Shown here piece after piece: positions 51,388-64,000 of a stretch of DNA of 64,000 nucleotides. The notes below the pieces were generated by a model that was not told the origin of the DNA, made no database searches, and saw only the letters and a list, made by a program, of their open reading frames with translations. The position numbers and the translations under genes are program-made. This DNA is from Callorhinchus milii (lineage: Eukaryota): NCBI RefSeq assembly GCF_018977255.1, contig NW_024704742.1, forward strand, positions 13,890,001 to 13,954,000, written 5' to 3'. Numbering within the stretch: the first letter of the stretch is position 1; the number at the start of each line of letters is the position of its first letter.

Positions 51388-52020
51388 AACAACAAAATTA
51401 CATCTGTAAAATACCTTTCACATTGGGAGAACATCCCAAGGCGTTAGACAGACTGAGTTACAGACCCGAGCTGGGAGTCGGGGAGGGTGGAGGGCAGGCG
51501 GGAAGCAGGGAGATCGAAAGCACGGTCAAAGAGGAGGGTCTTGAGATGGGTCTTGAAGTTGGCAAGGGAGGGGGCAAGGCAGAGGGACTGCAGGATAGAG
51601 TTCTAGAGGGTGGGGGCAGAGTGGTAGAAGGCCCGCCCGCCAATAATGGGGCGAGCGAGGCAGGGGACGTGAAGCAGGCTGCAGCCCGCTGAGTGGAGGG
51701 AGTGAGCAGGATGGTAGGGGGTTAGGACGTTGGAGTGGGAGGGGGGGAGCAAGATCATGGAGGGCTTTGAAGGTGAGGACCAGGATCTTGTATCCTCTGT
51801 GTGATGGGAAGCCAGTGGAGTTGGGCAAGGATATGGGGTGATAGGGTCACGGAGCCTAGTGCAGGAGATGATGCGAGCTGCAGAGTTCTGATTGATCTGT
51901 AGCCTATGGAGGAGGAGTTGGGGAGGCCAACAAGCAATGAGTTTGCATAGTCAAGCCTCGATGTAATGAAAGCATGTATGAGGGCTTTGGTGGCCTGCGA
52001 TGTGAGACAATGGCGGTGAT
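51388..52020 (-). mobile_element. L2 3' fragment
   Basis: Minus-strand translation LIHAFITSRLDYANSLLVGLP..LAQLHWLPI; KILVLTFKALH. Confidence 0.93.
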
Positions 52021-53285
52021 AAAATGGTGGTGAAGGCTCAACTGAAGGAGTGGCCAACCTATGCTCCCATATTCTTATCAATCTGAGTGAAATATCTGTG
52101 ACCTAAGACAGGTAATTCACCGCAATATTTCAACCTATTTAGACTTACTCCTGACAACCTGTCCAGTTGTGTTTTTCACTTCTGGAGTTTGGTTTGCATG
52201 GAACAAATGAAAACGATAACTTGAACCAAATTGATTGAGGCAAGTCGATGCCCAGAGATTTCCTCTTTACTATTCTTATTTTCTTATTTTCTCCACCAGC
52301 ATTTTTAAGCTAAACAGTGTTATTTACAAATCAGATGCACAATCTATAATTGATTTTGTTGGGGGGTGTTTTCTAAGTTTAGGGATCTTATAATGTGTTT
52401 TTGTGATTGGAATTTCCCATCCAAGCGAACATTGTTAAAAGCCACTGAACATAGTGATAAAGAGAATTCACTCATAATAATAATGATAATAAATAATAAT
52501 CCTTCTATTTATACTTCTGTGATGGGTGATTCTCTGATTATAGGAAATTTATCAGTGAGGAAACATATATATTGTAGTATCTTATCGTGAGCATATAGTA
52601 TGTGTACTTTCACGGATCATGGTGTGTGAGTTTATATCATGTTTGTATTTACTGATCGTGGTATGAGTTTATAGTACAACGCACTAGTGATTATTCATCA
52701 GGAATCAGAAAAATCACCTTTGACACATTTCATACATCTTCTATTAGCTTCAATACACTAAGTTGCAGAATTGAAACAAATTAGTTTGCCCGTTTTGCTG
52801 TACAATCAAATGTTTTGTAAAGTAAAATATTTGTACAGTTAGTATTACGTGTCAAGAAAAGTTCACTGGAAGCTAGCATTTTGTGTTCAAGGCTCCGCTG
52901 CGATGATGCTATGAATGAGAAACAATGCCCACAGCTCAAGTCTTCAAAGTACAGTAATGAACTGCAATCTTCAATTATACCATGTTATTTTCTATGCAAA
53001 AAATCTACCCACAGACTATCCACGAGCAGTTTTGCAGCATAAAGCAGTAGTAAATATTGACAGATACTCGTAATTATTTGTATTCTTCACAACATTTAGC
53101 CTTTTTGTTAATTCTGATCAATTAGCTCCACCCATTAACACAGTGTGAATCTGACTAAGTGCTCTTTACCTGCAGATTCAATTCAGATTCAATGAAACCC
53201 ATTCACAGAAACTGTTTCCTCAGGCCACTGAAATACCTGATGTGATTTGCCGTTTCAGAGGCTTGAAATGTAGCATTATGGAGGT

Positions 53286-53330
53286 AGCTGGTACATTTTG
53301 AGCTGGTACATTTTGAGCTGGTACGTTTTG
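53286..53330. repeat. 15 bp x3 tandem repeat
   Basis: agctggtacattttg three times, with one substitution. Confidence 0.9.
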
Positions 53331-53464
53331 CGTTGCCTCCGTACTTCTGGATGAAGTTTTGTGTACCCATGAGTGTTTAATTTCATTGGGGTCAGATGTT
53401 CATGCCCACGTAAAATGTTATGACAACTTTATTTTCACAATCTACACTACCCAAAGAGGAAAAG

Positions 53465-53670
53465 TGTCAGCCTGCCTTATTTTGTAGCACTTTTGCCATG
53501 GGATCAGAAGGTTGTGGGTTCAAGCTCCACATCAGGACTTGAACTGGCTGAACAATTTAAACTGACACAATAGTTGAGTACTGGGTGAATGCTGCATTGT
53601 CAGAGGATCTGTCCTTCAGATAAGACATTAAACTAAGGTCCTGTCTGCCTGTTTCAGGTAAACAATGAAC
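53465..53670 (+). mobile_element. Old SINE 5' half
   Basis: tcagaaggttgtgggttcaagctccac..gctgcattgtcagagg..agacattaaactaaggtcctgtctgcctg. Confidence 0.75.
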
Positions 53671-54101
53671 ATTTGATACCGCTTAATTGTTTGACATTCA
53701 GCCAATAATTCACATAATTGTGCCAGAGCGTTGAATTAAAATTTAGTAATTAATTGAACTAATAGAGTAGTTTAAATTATGTGCATATTCTTTTGTGCAG
53801 GAAAAGGCTGGAGAATGTGAGCAACGAATTAAACTTAAAAAGACTGGGGATAAAAAGAATTTCAACACAGAAAAAATGTTTGTATTTAGCAAATAGAACT
53901 TAGTGTTTTGGTTACTGTACCTCTCGTGATCTTGAAACAAGGTCAATAAAGGCTAGCCATAAAAAAACTGTAATGCCATTCACTGGTGTTTGGTCAAAGC
54001 TTCGAAAGAATTGGCAGAAAGTATATCTAGAAGAGGCAGGGGAAGGCACACTTGACATCTGGAATGTCGGCACCATTTACCTCCAGAGGTGCAGAGAAAA
54101 A

Positions 54102-54392
54102 GGAGTTCTGTAGCTCAGTGGTTAGAGCACTCACCTCGCAAGCGAGAGACCTGGATTCGATTCCGGGCAAGTTTCCTTATTCCACATGCTTGATAATAAT
54201 CCCTCAAGAAAAAAATAATAAAATTGGTCACTTCAATCCACGACCGTTTGTGGGACACTGCTGTGCGCAATTGGCTGCCGCATTTCGCCCACAAATATAC
54301 AGTCAATTCACTTTACAGTATAATCTGTGATGCGCTTTGAGACGTCTAGAAGACGTGAAAAACACTATATCAAATGCAAGGATTATTATTAT
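54102..54392 (+). mobile_element. Deu-SINE variant with target-site duplication
   Basis: Head ggagttctgtagctcagtgg; agaaaaag at 54095-54102 and again at 54393-54400. Confidence 0.93.
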
Positions 54393-57300
54393 AGAAAAAG
54401 CACTTGCAGACTTGGTACGTGCTCCTTGTGAGTCTACCCTCGCAGCAATGTTGTGAAGGAGGAGGTCTTTGATCACTACAGAAGTGATCAAAGGTAATTG
54501 TGTCAAAGCAACAACAACAAATTGCATTGGAATGATTATTATTAATGACTGGATCAGATTACTAAGAAAGGTGATTGAGGCTGAGGCACTAGATTAATTA
54601 AAAAACAGCTTGATGGTGTCATAGAAGGTGTGTCCTTCTCTCCCCTTCATGGTTGTAGGATATATGTTCTTCTTTGGTTCTGTAAACTGGGATCGATCTC
54701 ATCAATCCCAGTTTTCCAAACAATGTGGATTCCTTGGGGACCGATCTCATCAACCCCAATCTCTCCAACTGGTTTCTTATCCGTGCTGAGCTGTGGTCTT
54801 GTGTTATTCTGCAGATAGCATCAGGTTGAAGAAACTAGCAGCAATTAAGGGAATGAAAAGGAGTGTTTAAGGTAAGCAGAGGCATTGTGAGAAAACAATC
54901 GAGATAAAAAAAACACTAAATGCAATTGGTCAGAGAAGCCTTCTGCTTAAAAAATCTCGTTACGAATAGACAAGGAGGAATTGTTGATGACAAAATGTCT
55001 GGCACTTGAACTTTGTGTATTGGGTCATGCCTTAACCATATATGAGTAAACGGTTTGAGACTTGAGGTATAAGACCTGTGTGCTTAGCACAAGAGAGTTG
55101 AAGCGAGGCAAAATGTGAGGCAAGTAAAGGAATGAACAGGGTCAACTCGCTTCCCAGCGGAATCGGGTAATACCATTTTCTCTGTAAAACTGCTGCTTTA
55201 AGCTTTGTGTAGGCTAACTTTGTACTTGTTGGCCGAATAAAATTGCTTGTCATTGCTCATCATTTTAATAGTCTACTTCTCTGAATAATTTTGAATGACT
55301 TACAATGGAGGATAGAATATTATTAGCAGACATATTAGAAAAAGAATCATAAATATAACAGTGCTGTTTTCTTAGACTGCCTGAATATTTACACATCAAA
55401 TGGTACAGATATTCAAAGGGAATGCTGGAGTTTGAGGCGCAGGTTCAAGCCTTATTTGATTTTGGTGTCTAAATATCTCATCAAAGAGTCAGGTAATATT
55501 TGTGTAATGACTGAATTATCACTGTGAACTGAATTGCTTCCTTTTTAATTTTCATTTGAAAGAATGTTGTGCTTATAAAAAATGTTATTCCAGGGGGAAC
55601 AAAAGTCATCTATCTGACAATTTTGGAGAAATACTGGTATATAGGTTTGGACACCTTTTTATACCAGTTATACAAAGATAGGCTCATGACAGAAAACAAC
55701 TATGCATAATGAGGGGCAGAGTGCACTCGCTTTTTGTTGTTACTTTGATAAAATGCTATTTTAAGGACAGATCGCCAAAGTTGCTGAAATTATTGGTATA
55801 TAACTCCCAACATTTTTATTTTGATGCAGGTAAAACCTATCCACCAAAACTCAGCTTATTTTATGAACCACTGTGTAGGAATCTCTTCATTTCTGCAATA
55901 ATTTTTGTGTCATTTATAATCCATGAAAGACAATGATAGTCACAGATGTTCTTAAATGGCCGCATTCTGGATGAAAGTTATAAACCAAAAATAACCTTGA
56001 GATTGCAGACATTTTTTGCAAAATACAACATCCAGATCCGGGATGATTGCCTTCTGCAACGTGTGATTCATCACTGGTCACTTGAGGTTGGAACTAAACA
56101 TTTTTACTGAATAAGATTTATAGTCTATCAGGTGTCAGGTCACTTTAGACATTTACACAACAAGGGTCAAATAGATTAAGCCTGTTTCTGAGCTGTCACT
56201 AAATGATAAGCTTTAGACTTGGGCTAAAAACATTATGCTTTCATATCTTGTCACTTGGAAAAATTATCAGGACTTTGATCAAAAGTTAGAGCAGGGATCA
56301 AGAAAAAGAACTAGATTTTGCTATTGTGATACTCTTATTACGAGTGTAAATGCATGAACCGCTCACTTAAGCATTTCTGCTTTGACATTGAATTTTATTA
56401 GATTTTGTGATAAAGTATAATGTTCGAAGTAGTCAGTTCCACAATGCTCAGGAGGATTTCAAGCTCAAGTAATGGCAGGAAATAAGAAAGAAACAGGGCT
56501 AATAAAGATACAAATGCACCAACAGGGAATACAGAGTCAAAAAGAGGGTAAAACAAGCAAAAGCAAATAATGAAATAACATCTTGCGTTAAAAAAAGACG
56601 CAGAACTTTTGACACAAACAATCCCTGAACAATCAAGAGGCAGATCCCAACAGTTGGAGAGATTGGTCTAGGCTTCAAAGAATGAGCATCATTAGGAAGG
56701 AACAAGTGTATTTGGCTGTAGATCACAGTGAATATAAGCATTTACTGGAACTGGAAAGCTCCCATTTGTGGGATCTTTCCAGCAATGCCCCTCATTACAA
56801 TATTTCCTACACTGTTCAGTTATTTCCTTCTGAGGCCAATTACTACACTTCCGAATTAATGTTGAGGCTGAGATTAGCTAACTCAGCACATACTTAAACA
56901 GAATATTGCACCTTCTGGAGGTTTAAGAGATATACCAAGATGTGCCATGGGATAATGTTGCATTAGCAGGCAGTGCTTTTACAGTACTTTGTATATTTGC
57001 AGAAGTTCTCATTAGAGTTCTTTTTTTAAAAAAAGAAAAATCTTTAACTTTTTTTGACAGATGATTTGCTTTCCTGCTGGAATGTTTTGACAAATTATTG
57101 GGTTTATTTGATTTATGATAAATCTCATGAGAATGATTTATCAATTGTGAAAGATGTCTCTTGCAGGAGTTATGTTAGGCAACTGCTAGTATCCTAGTAT
57201 TCAATATTGCAACAAACAAACTGTCACTACAATTGTACGTCTAGGTGAAAACTTAACAGTGGTTAATGTGCTAAGAATTTGCATACAAAACACTATTCCA

Positions 57301-59064
57301 ATAGTATGAAGAGGTTAATTGAATAATTTCTATTACATACTACTTACATCATTATTAGATGAGGTGCAGTAATGGGATACTTAATTTATTTATTTTGCTA
57401 CAGTTGATTTCCATTTCTTCTCAGCTTTCTTATGAACTCATATTTAATTAATAGTATTCACCCCTTCTATTGATCCTGCTTTCCTCCAACCCCTCGTTTC
57501 TTCCCCCCACAATATCACAGTATATACTGGGGTGAAAATAGTGATGTGTAATCCGGTTATTGTCCCTAGTGATAATTATCACGTCACCACATTACAGAAA
57601 ATTCTACTTCTGTTAATGCCTGCCTAGGTGTGACCTGCTCCTCTTCCCCTCACCACTACACTCTCATAGTGGCTCGCAGTCACTGTTGGGTGCTCAGGGT
57701 CAAATTTGAGTGCTGATTCCCAAGATACTGACATAATACCCAAGAGTTAAACAGCACTTGGTAAGAATTGAAAAAGTAAACCCAGAATAATACTTTAAGA
57801 TGCACTAAGATAATAGTGGACACAACATAAAATTGTATAAATACAGGGTGATCCAACCTTTTGGTTGCTGAGGACCAGATGCCTATTTGAGAAACACCCG
57901 TTGGCCACATAAGCAATATTTTTGTGTTTCGCTTTTAGAAACATAACATTTACAAGTTATGGAGGGAGTGGATGGGCCAAGATGAAGAGATGAAATGGAG
58001 GGGGTTGGAGAGGGTGAATCATTCTATTTTTATGATTCGTCTTGGAAGAAGGCTGAGATGCTAAGAAATTGATAGATAACACTGAAGTCAAAAGGCTTTG
58101 AACTTGAAATTATCATCCTCCAATTTCATTCATTTTGCTAAACAATGGACAGTTTGTGTAGGAGCCATGAAAGTGAACTGGTGCCGTCCTCAGTACAGAT
58201 GTACATCCATTATACTGTGTGAATGAAAATTATTCCATTGTGCCAGCCAGGTAATGTTTATCTGGCTCAGTCAAACACACTTTAAATGTTTTATGCATCT
58301 TATCCATTCTCTTTGTTTCCTGTGCAGCAAAACAGTGTATCTTTGCCGGCATGTTTCATTCAGAATAACATCAATTTGTTTCGCCTGACAATGCACTACA
58401 AAACAGCTTTTTCCATGTTAAAGTACATTTGGAATGACAGCAGTGTGTACTCAGATCTGTATAAAGCTACTTTGGGCGAAATGGGGAGCAAAAGAAAATA
58501 AACCAAAACTGGCAATAAGACACAAACAGCATGTGAGTTGAATTCTTTGTTCTACTTGTATCACATCAGTCACTGTCTGCTTTCCGCAATGGTGTCCCTA
58601 TGCTGTACTCAGCACTGATCATAATGCTGGACCTCACTAGAATTATTTACACAAAGACATCGTCAATTGACTAACTACATGTCAAATTGTTTTTGGATTC
58701 TGGTGATTCATTCAATGAGTAAAATGATGCAGTGGCAGAAAGAATTTTTAAATAATCGTTAAGATTGCATAATCTGTTGGCATATGTTGACAAATTTCCT
58801 TATGGTGTCAATAAATTAGACCATAAAACAGGTAGAGGCTACTGGTGCTTACATGCCAGTGCAAATTCTGGAATTGGTGGGTAAATTAATCAAGAAGCTA
58901 TGTTTGTTGCAGGAATTTGCTGATAGGATTTTTGGCATTATGTGGACCCGAATGAACCACCTGCAAAAACTCTTTTGCTTGTGTACTGGCACTCGGAAAA
59001 ACAATCTGGTTTAAATGAATATGTTAATGCATTTGAAAGCATCGTTGGAGGTGTCGCCCTTTGG

Positions 59065-59460
59065 ATATGATTCCAGGGTTGAAGGGCTATAGTTATGAGT
59101 AGAGATTGGAGAGGCAGAGCCTGTTTTCATTGGAGAAAAGAAGCCTGAGGGGGGCCTGCTTGAAATGTAGAAAATCATGAGGGGTTTTATTCGGATAGTT
59201 AAAGAGAAGTTAATTCCATTGATAGGGGAGAACGTTGGAGGAATTTGTTCACCCAGAGAGTGATTAGCTGTAGAACACCCTGCCGAGTACGATGATAGAA
59301 ATGGATTCCATTATAGCTTTCAAGAGGGAAGTAGATAGGCATATAAAAAAGAGAAACTTGAAGAGGATAAGGTGGAGCAGTGGGATTAAAGAGATATCCT
59401 TTCTTAGTGAACCTGTGTAGTCCTGATAATCCTTTTGTGCTCTAGGTCTCTATGTTCTTA
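59065..59460 (+). mobile_element. CR1 3' fragment
   Basis: MIPGLKGYSYE*RLERQSLFSLEKRSLRG-like translation; tttgttcacccagagagtg. Confidence 0.85.
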
Positions 59461-59744
59461 TCAAATCCAAGAAATATTCTTCTCTTTAAATAAGGTTATT
59501 TTCCACGCATAAAATTTCAGATTGAATCCTCCACTCAAAATTGTTCAAATATTATCATTGGGATCTAATTTTGTGGATTTGGTTACCAAACCATGCGTTA
59601 AATTTACATGTTGTGCAAATATGTACAGATGCCCTAATTAGCATCTAATAGAATGGATTCTAGAATTACCTGGAATCCAATTCATTGGTTATTTCACTAC
59701 ATAATTAAAGGCACCTGTATTTTCCACTGTACACATGGTCAGCC

Positions 59745-59882
59745 CAACCAGCATGTTCGGCCACCGCCCTACCCTCCTGGTCCCAACCCCCTACTCAGGT
59801 CCAAATCTCTGACTGATCAGCACCTTGGGACGTCCTCCTGATGTGAGAGGTGCTGTATCAAATGTAATTTTGTGCTGTATGT
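59745..59882 (+). mobile_element. L2 3' tail
   Basis: Matches 7285-7435 (ggtccaaatctctgactg..cagcaccttgggacgtcctcctgatgtga). Confidence 0.8.
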
Positions 59883-60034
59883 TATCTAATTGGATTACTA
59901 AATGATCCTGCAAATTAGACCCCAATACATTTTTATTTTCCATTCCATTTTTCCCCATGGATATAATTAAATTGCCAGAAAGGGACTGAAATTAAGACAC
60001 CTATATGTTTTCAAACCAAATGGAGCATTATACC

Positions 60035-60512
60035 ATGAAATCCATCCATGGCCTCACTCCCCTTGTGCAATTTCAGGCAACCATACCACCTGACCACTCC
60101 CTCCACCAAAGAATACCGGCCTGTTTCATCTCTCCAACTCGGTTCCCCCCCATCATAGGTGAGAGAGCTTTCAGACAATCCATTCAAGAGGAAGTTGGAC
60201 CTTCACATGAGGGAGAGGAGAATAGAAGGGTGTGGGAGAGAATAAGAAGTGGGTGGAGACCTGTGTAGAGTATAAACACAGGCTGGACTGGTTGGGCAAA
60301 GTATCCTGTTTCTGTGAGCCTCTCTGCATCACTCCCTGTACAGTTAAAGCTCCTCCTAAGGCCTTTTTGATTGAGCTTTTGGTCATCTCCCCCCCCACCA
60401 CCACCTTCCTCAAGGTCCCTCACCTTTAGCTCAGGCTTGCAGTTAAGTATATGAAACACTTTGAGACACCCTCTCGACGTGAAAGGTGCTATGTAAATGT
60501 AAAATTGTTGTT
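60035..60512 (+). mobile_element. Degraded L2 3' fragment, apparently interrupted
   Basis: aaatccatccatggcctc..cccatcataggtg; tail gacgtgaaaggtgctatgtaaatg. Confidence 0.6.
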
Positions 60513-61284
60513 GGTGTATACATCCACTGCATATCAGTATCTAAAAGAAATACACATTGCTCGCAATGATCACCAATCCTGGTGCTCCATGCATAAAATT
60601 AGACTAGCAGCATTGACACAACAATATTTGACAAGCCTTCCTGGAATGTTCGTATAACTGAATATTGAGTGAAGCCACTCAAGGTGCAACAATGCCAATC
60701 ATGTCATCAGTGTAAGTTGCAATGAAAAAGTAAAAGTAATTATTTGAAAGTATATTGAAAGCCTAACCCTGCATTCCAGAAATTGCATTATAAAGGTCTG
60801 AGTTCTGAGCAAATATCACATCTACAGCAGCACAAATATTCCCAATACAGTGTCTCCACAATCGATTTTCAAAGCAGCCACTTCCTGGACCCAAGCTCTC
60901 AAAACTCAACCCTTCCTAATAAGTGCAGCTGTACCCGTTTAAGAGTCCTTTAAACGGATTGTCTTTATTAGTTGTGCTAATATGTAATTACTTAATATAA
61001 ATGATATTTGTTATGCTGTTCCACTTCAGTATTAAACATCTGTGGGCAACCACAAGGGAGTTATATTTCTGTATAACAGTAATGACCCAAGTTACGCCCA
61101 GCTCACTGACCAATGTAGGAAAACCCTGCTAGCCAAAGGTTTTCAATAGTGATATAAGGTCTTGCAGTCTCTGTCACACGTAGGCAAGTAGAAATACAGG
61201 CTGTTTCACTGATATATCATGGGGATGCTGCAGTTGTGTGTTCCTTATCCAGATGCCAAATAACTATCATTATTGCACCTCAGC

Positions 61285-61590
61285 TAATAATAATAAAATA
61301 ATAATTCTTGTATATGATAGAACCCGTTCCACTTTGGGAGGATGTCTCAAAGTGATTCCACGATTTACTGTCAAGAAAATGACTAATTTTTGAGTGAACA
61401 AGGCAGCCAATCTGCACACAGCAATGTTCCAGAAACAGGCATAAAGTGAGTCCCAATTTTTATTTCGGAGATTGTTGGCAAGAAAAATGGGAAAAACTCC
61501 CCTCTCTTTTTGAGTAGTTTACTTATGGGATTGTTAACGTCCACCTGAATGGGCAGACACGACCTCGATATAGCATCTTGCAAGGATTAT
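61285..61590 (-). mobile_element. Old Deu-SINE
   Basis: gggaggatgtctcaaagtg..ggcagccaatctgcacacagcaatg..gtccacctgaat. Confidence 0.75.
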
Positions 61591-61594
61591 TTTT

Positions 61595-61985
61595 ATCATT
61601 CTCGTAAACCTCCTCTGCAAATGCTCAGAATTGGACACAGTACTCCAGTTGCAGCCTAACCCATGATTTATTTGATTTAATTGATTTAATTACTTTTGTA
61701 CTCTATGCACATGTATATAAAGCTCAGGATCTATTAGACTCACTGGCGATGCCACTTTCATGTGTACCAGCACTCTCAAATCCCTTTGCTCCTCAGCTCC
61801 CAGCAAGACACTGCCATTCATTATATACAGTACTCTGTTCCCTCAATTTGTTTTAACCAAAATGAATCTCACATTTTCTTTCACTGAAGCTCATCTGCTA
61901 CTGATCAGATCATTGTGCTAATCTTTTTAAATCCTCTTGCAGTCTCTTGCTATCTTTACACTATTCACAATACTTTCTAACTTGG
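61595..61985 (-). mobile_element. CR1 RT fragment
   Basis: ggacacagtactccagttgcagcctaac (reverse complement of VRLQLEYCVQ); ttcactgaagctcatctgc. Confidence 0.8.
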
Positions 61986-62430
61986 GATATAGCACTTTCA
62001 CGTCAGGAGGACTTATGTAGAGTGCAGAATGGATCAATGTCTGTGTATTTTGTAAGTGAACCCAGCTCGGGTTGGATTCGGTTGGGTGTGGGGGGGAATG
62101 AATGATGATGCGTTCAAAGAGAAAGATCAGTGAAATGGACCTTGAAGGAGCCGAGGGAAGGGGAGAGGGACTCCGGGACGGAGTTCCAGAGGACTGAGGC
62201 AGAAAAGCTGAAAGCCTCACCGCTGACGGTGAGGCCGGCAGGGCAAACCACACAGGCCAATGCCTGGCAAAACGGAAGGAGGGAACGGGCAGGTTGATAA
62301 GGTTTCAGAAGATAGAAGAGGTTGGATGAGGCAAGACCATGGAGAGATTTAAAAGTGAGGATGAGGATCTTTAACTCAATCCTCTGGGGGATGGGGAGCC
62401 AGTGGAGCCGGGCGATGATGGGGGTGACAC
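61986..62430 (-). mobile_element. L2 3' fragment
   Basis: gggagccagtggagccgggc (reverse complement of ARLHWLP); tail agcactttcacgtcaggaggac. Confidence 0.85.
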
Positions 62431-63279
62431 ACTAAGTATTATGGAATCAGAAAATACAGCACCTTGGGAGGCTGTTCTATCTATTAAGCCTTTGCTGGTG
62501 CCAGCCGTCCACTGTTCTTGTCTGATCCTAATTATTTGCTCCCAGGCCCATATCTTTTCAAATTTTTCCATGTCAAATATTCATTGAATATCCATTTAAA
62601 TGTTGTTATGGTCTCACCCTCAAAAGCTACTTCAGCATGTGAATGTTTCTTCTAACTTTCCTCTTAACTCATCCAGTCCTTATCAATCTTTAGCTCACAA
62701 TTTACTGATTTACCAACCATTGGAAATAATTTTTCACTGTTTTTTTAAATTAATCCCTAATTAATTAATCAATCCCTTATTAATGATCTCTTATCCTTCT
62801 CTGTTTCCATTGTGACTACTTCCTTTGTATTTCAACTGACTGAAGGAATGTAAAGTATTGTACGATTGAAATAGTGAGCAGGTAGAGTGGGCTACCACAG
62901 TTTCCTTCAATAGGTAGGAGCTGATCTGAATACATACTGATGAGGAAGTTTCCTCTCTCTGCCGAGTACAAGAATCCTAAATGAAAATAGGCTCAGTCCT
63001 GTAATTTGGCTTTAATTATAACTTGCTCAAAGAAACGTAAATTTGCAGAGTGCAGTGGGGAGCAATCTTTGAGATTGGAATTAAGTGCGTAACATAAAGG
63101 GAACTGTGGATTTTGTATCAGTGCTGAAAGTGCTTTATCCTGAATGCAACCTATGCTGTAACTGGCTTTTGAGCACACTTGTGGATTTTGATGCAAGAAA
63201 CATTGAATGTGAAAATAACAAAAAAGATTGCCTGTCTTAAGCTTTCACAAGCGATGCATATTTTTTTTTCTGTCCTTTA

Positions 63280-63545
63280 TCTGTGAGACGTTAATTGAGG
63301 TCCTGTCTGCTTGTTTACGTGGACATTAAAAATCCACCTTAACACTATTCAAAAAGTGCTGTGTGTGCAAATTGACTGCCATATTTGTCCAAAACTACAC
63401 AGTCCAATTTCTCGTGAATCCTGTAAAGTGCTTTGAGACGTCCTCCCGACGTGAAAGCCTCTATATCAAATATAATGATTATCATCCTTGCTTTTGTTGT
63501 AGCAAGCTAACACGTTGTCAAGACATTTCAAAGTGCTTCACAGGA
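63280..63545. mobile_element. Old SINE (+) followed tail-to-tail by a - strand tail
   Basis: gagacgttaa..gtggacattaa..tgcaaattgactgcc..gacgtcctcccgacgtgaaa, then gacatttcaaagtgcttcacagg. Confidence 0.75.
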
Positions 63546-63956
63546 TTTCACTCTGAAGTGTCGTATCTATGTATGTGTAGATGAACAAATGTATACCTTT
63601 CTGAAGAGTCCCCTCTTGGCAAATTCCGACTACTTCAGAGCAATGTAAGTAATTATTGATAGTTAGCTACAGTGTAGATATATCCTTAACCCTATGAATC
63701 AAAGCTCCAATGGGTCGGGAGGTGATGGGAGCACAGCTACTGTGTTGCACAGTACACTCATGGAATATTATCATATCATGTACCTTCTTATGCCATGGGA
63801 TGGTGGGAGTTATAGTAATAGAATATTGCCAAATTGAATCCCACTGCGACGTTTAGTACACTGATCTTTTCCGGACACTTCATGAGTGCTTTCAGACCAG
63901 TTGAAGACTGATTGCATCAAGCCTTGCCTTGTCAGTTCCTTGAAGTCCATAATACT

Positions 63957-64000
63957 AACAACAACAAGAACAAGATTTCATTTATAGAGCGCCTTTCACG
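63957..64000 (-). mobile_element. L2 3' tail cut by the window edge
   Basis: aacaacaac..catttatagagcgcctttcacg is the reverse complement of the tail at 1887-1907. Confidence 0.85.

Noticed and set aside
55037..55046. CArG-like ccatatatga
   Set aside because: It mismatches CC(A/T)6GG and is expected by chance.

Overview
Vertebrate non-coding DNA, roughly 40% GC by eye and rich in repeats. The repeat mix is tRNA-headed Deu-domain SINEs, L2 and CR1 LINE 3' fragments, one Tx1/L1 fragment and a Penelope-type terminal repeat. This mix points to a cartilaginous fish, probably a chimaera such as Callorhinchus (inferred, not checked by search). I cannot support any intact protein-coding gene: every recognisable ORF is decayed retrotransposon sequence and the long ORFs at 38.4-39.2 kb come from a tandem repeat. 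A transposon-poor block at about 34.6-40.5 kb has a CpG-enriched core (38.1-39.8 kb) with two good + strand splice donors. It looks like the promoter and first exon(s) of an unidentified gene, with the rest of the window as upstream DNA and a long first intron. The most interesting signals are: (1) two copies of a ~105 bp element carrying a minimal hammerhead-ribozyme motif, one nested in a SINE with a 10 bp duplication; (2) a SINE/L2 shared 3' stem-loop with compensatory substitutions; (3) an unclassified three-copy repeat that may be an LTR; (4) a strand-skewed GC-rich repeat and four GT tracts in the putative promoter. I found no convincing evidence of a wholly new biological system. Boundaries of old repeats are approximate.
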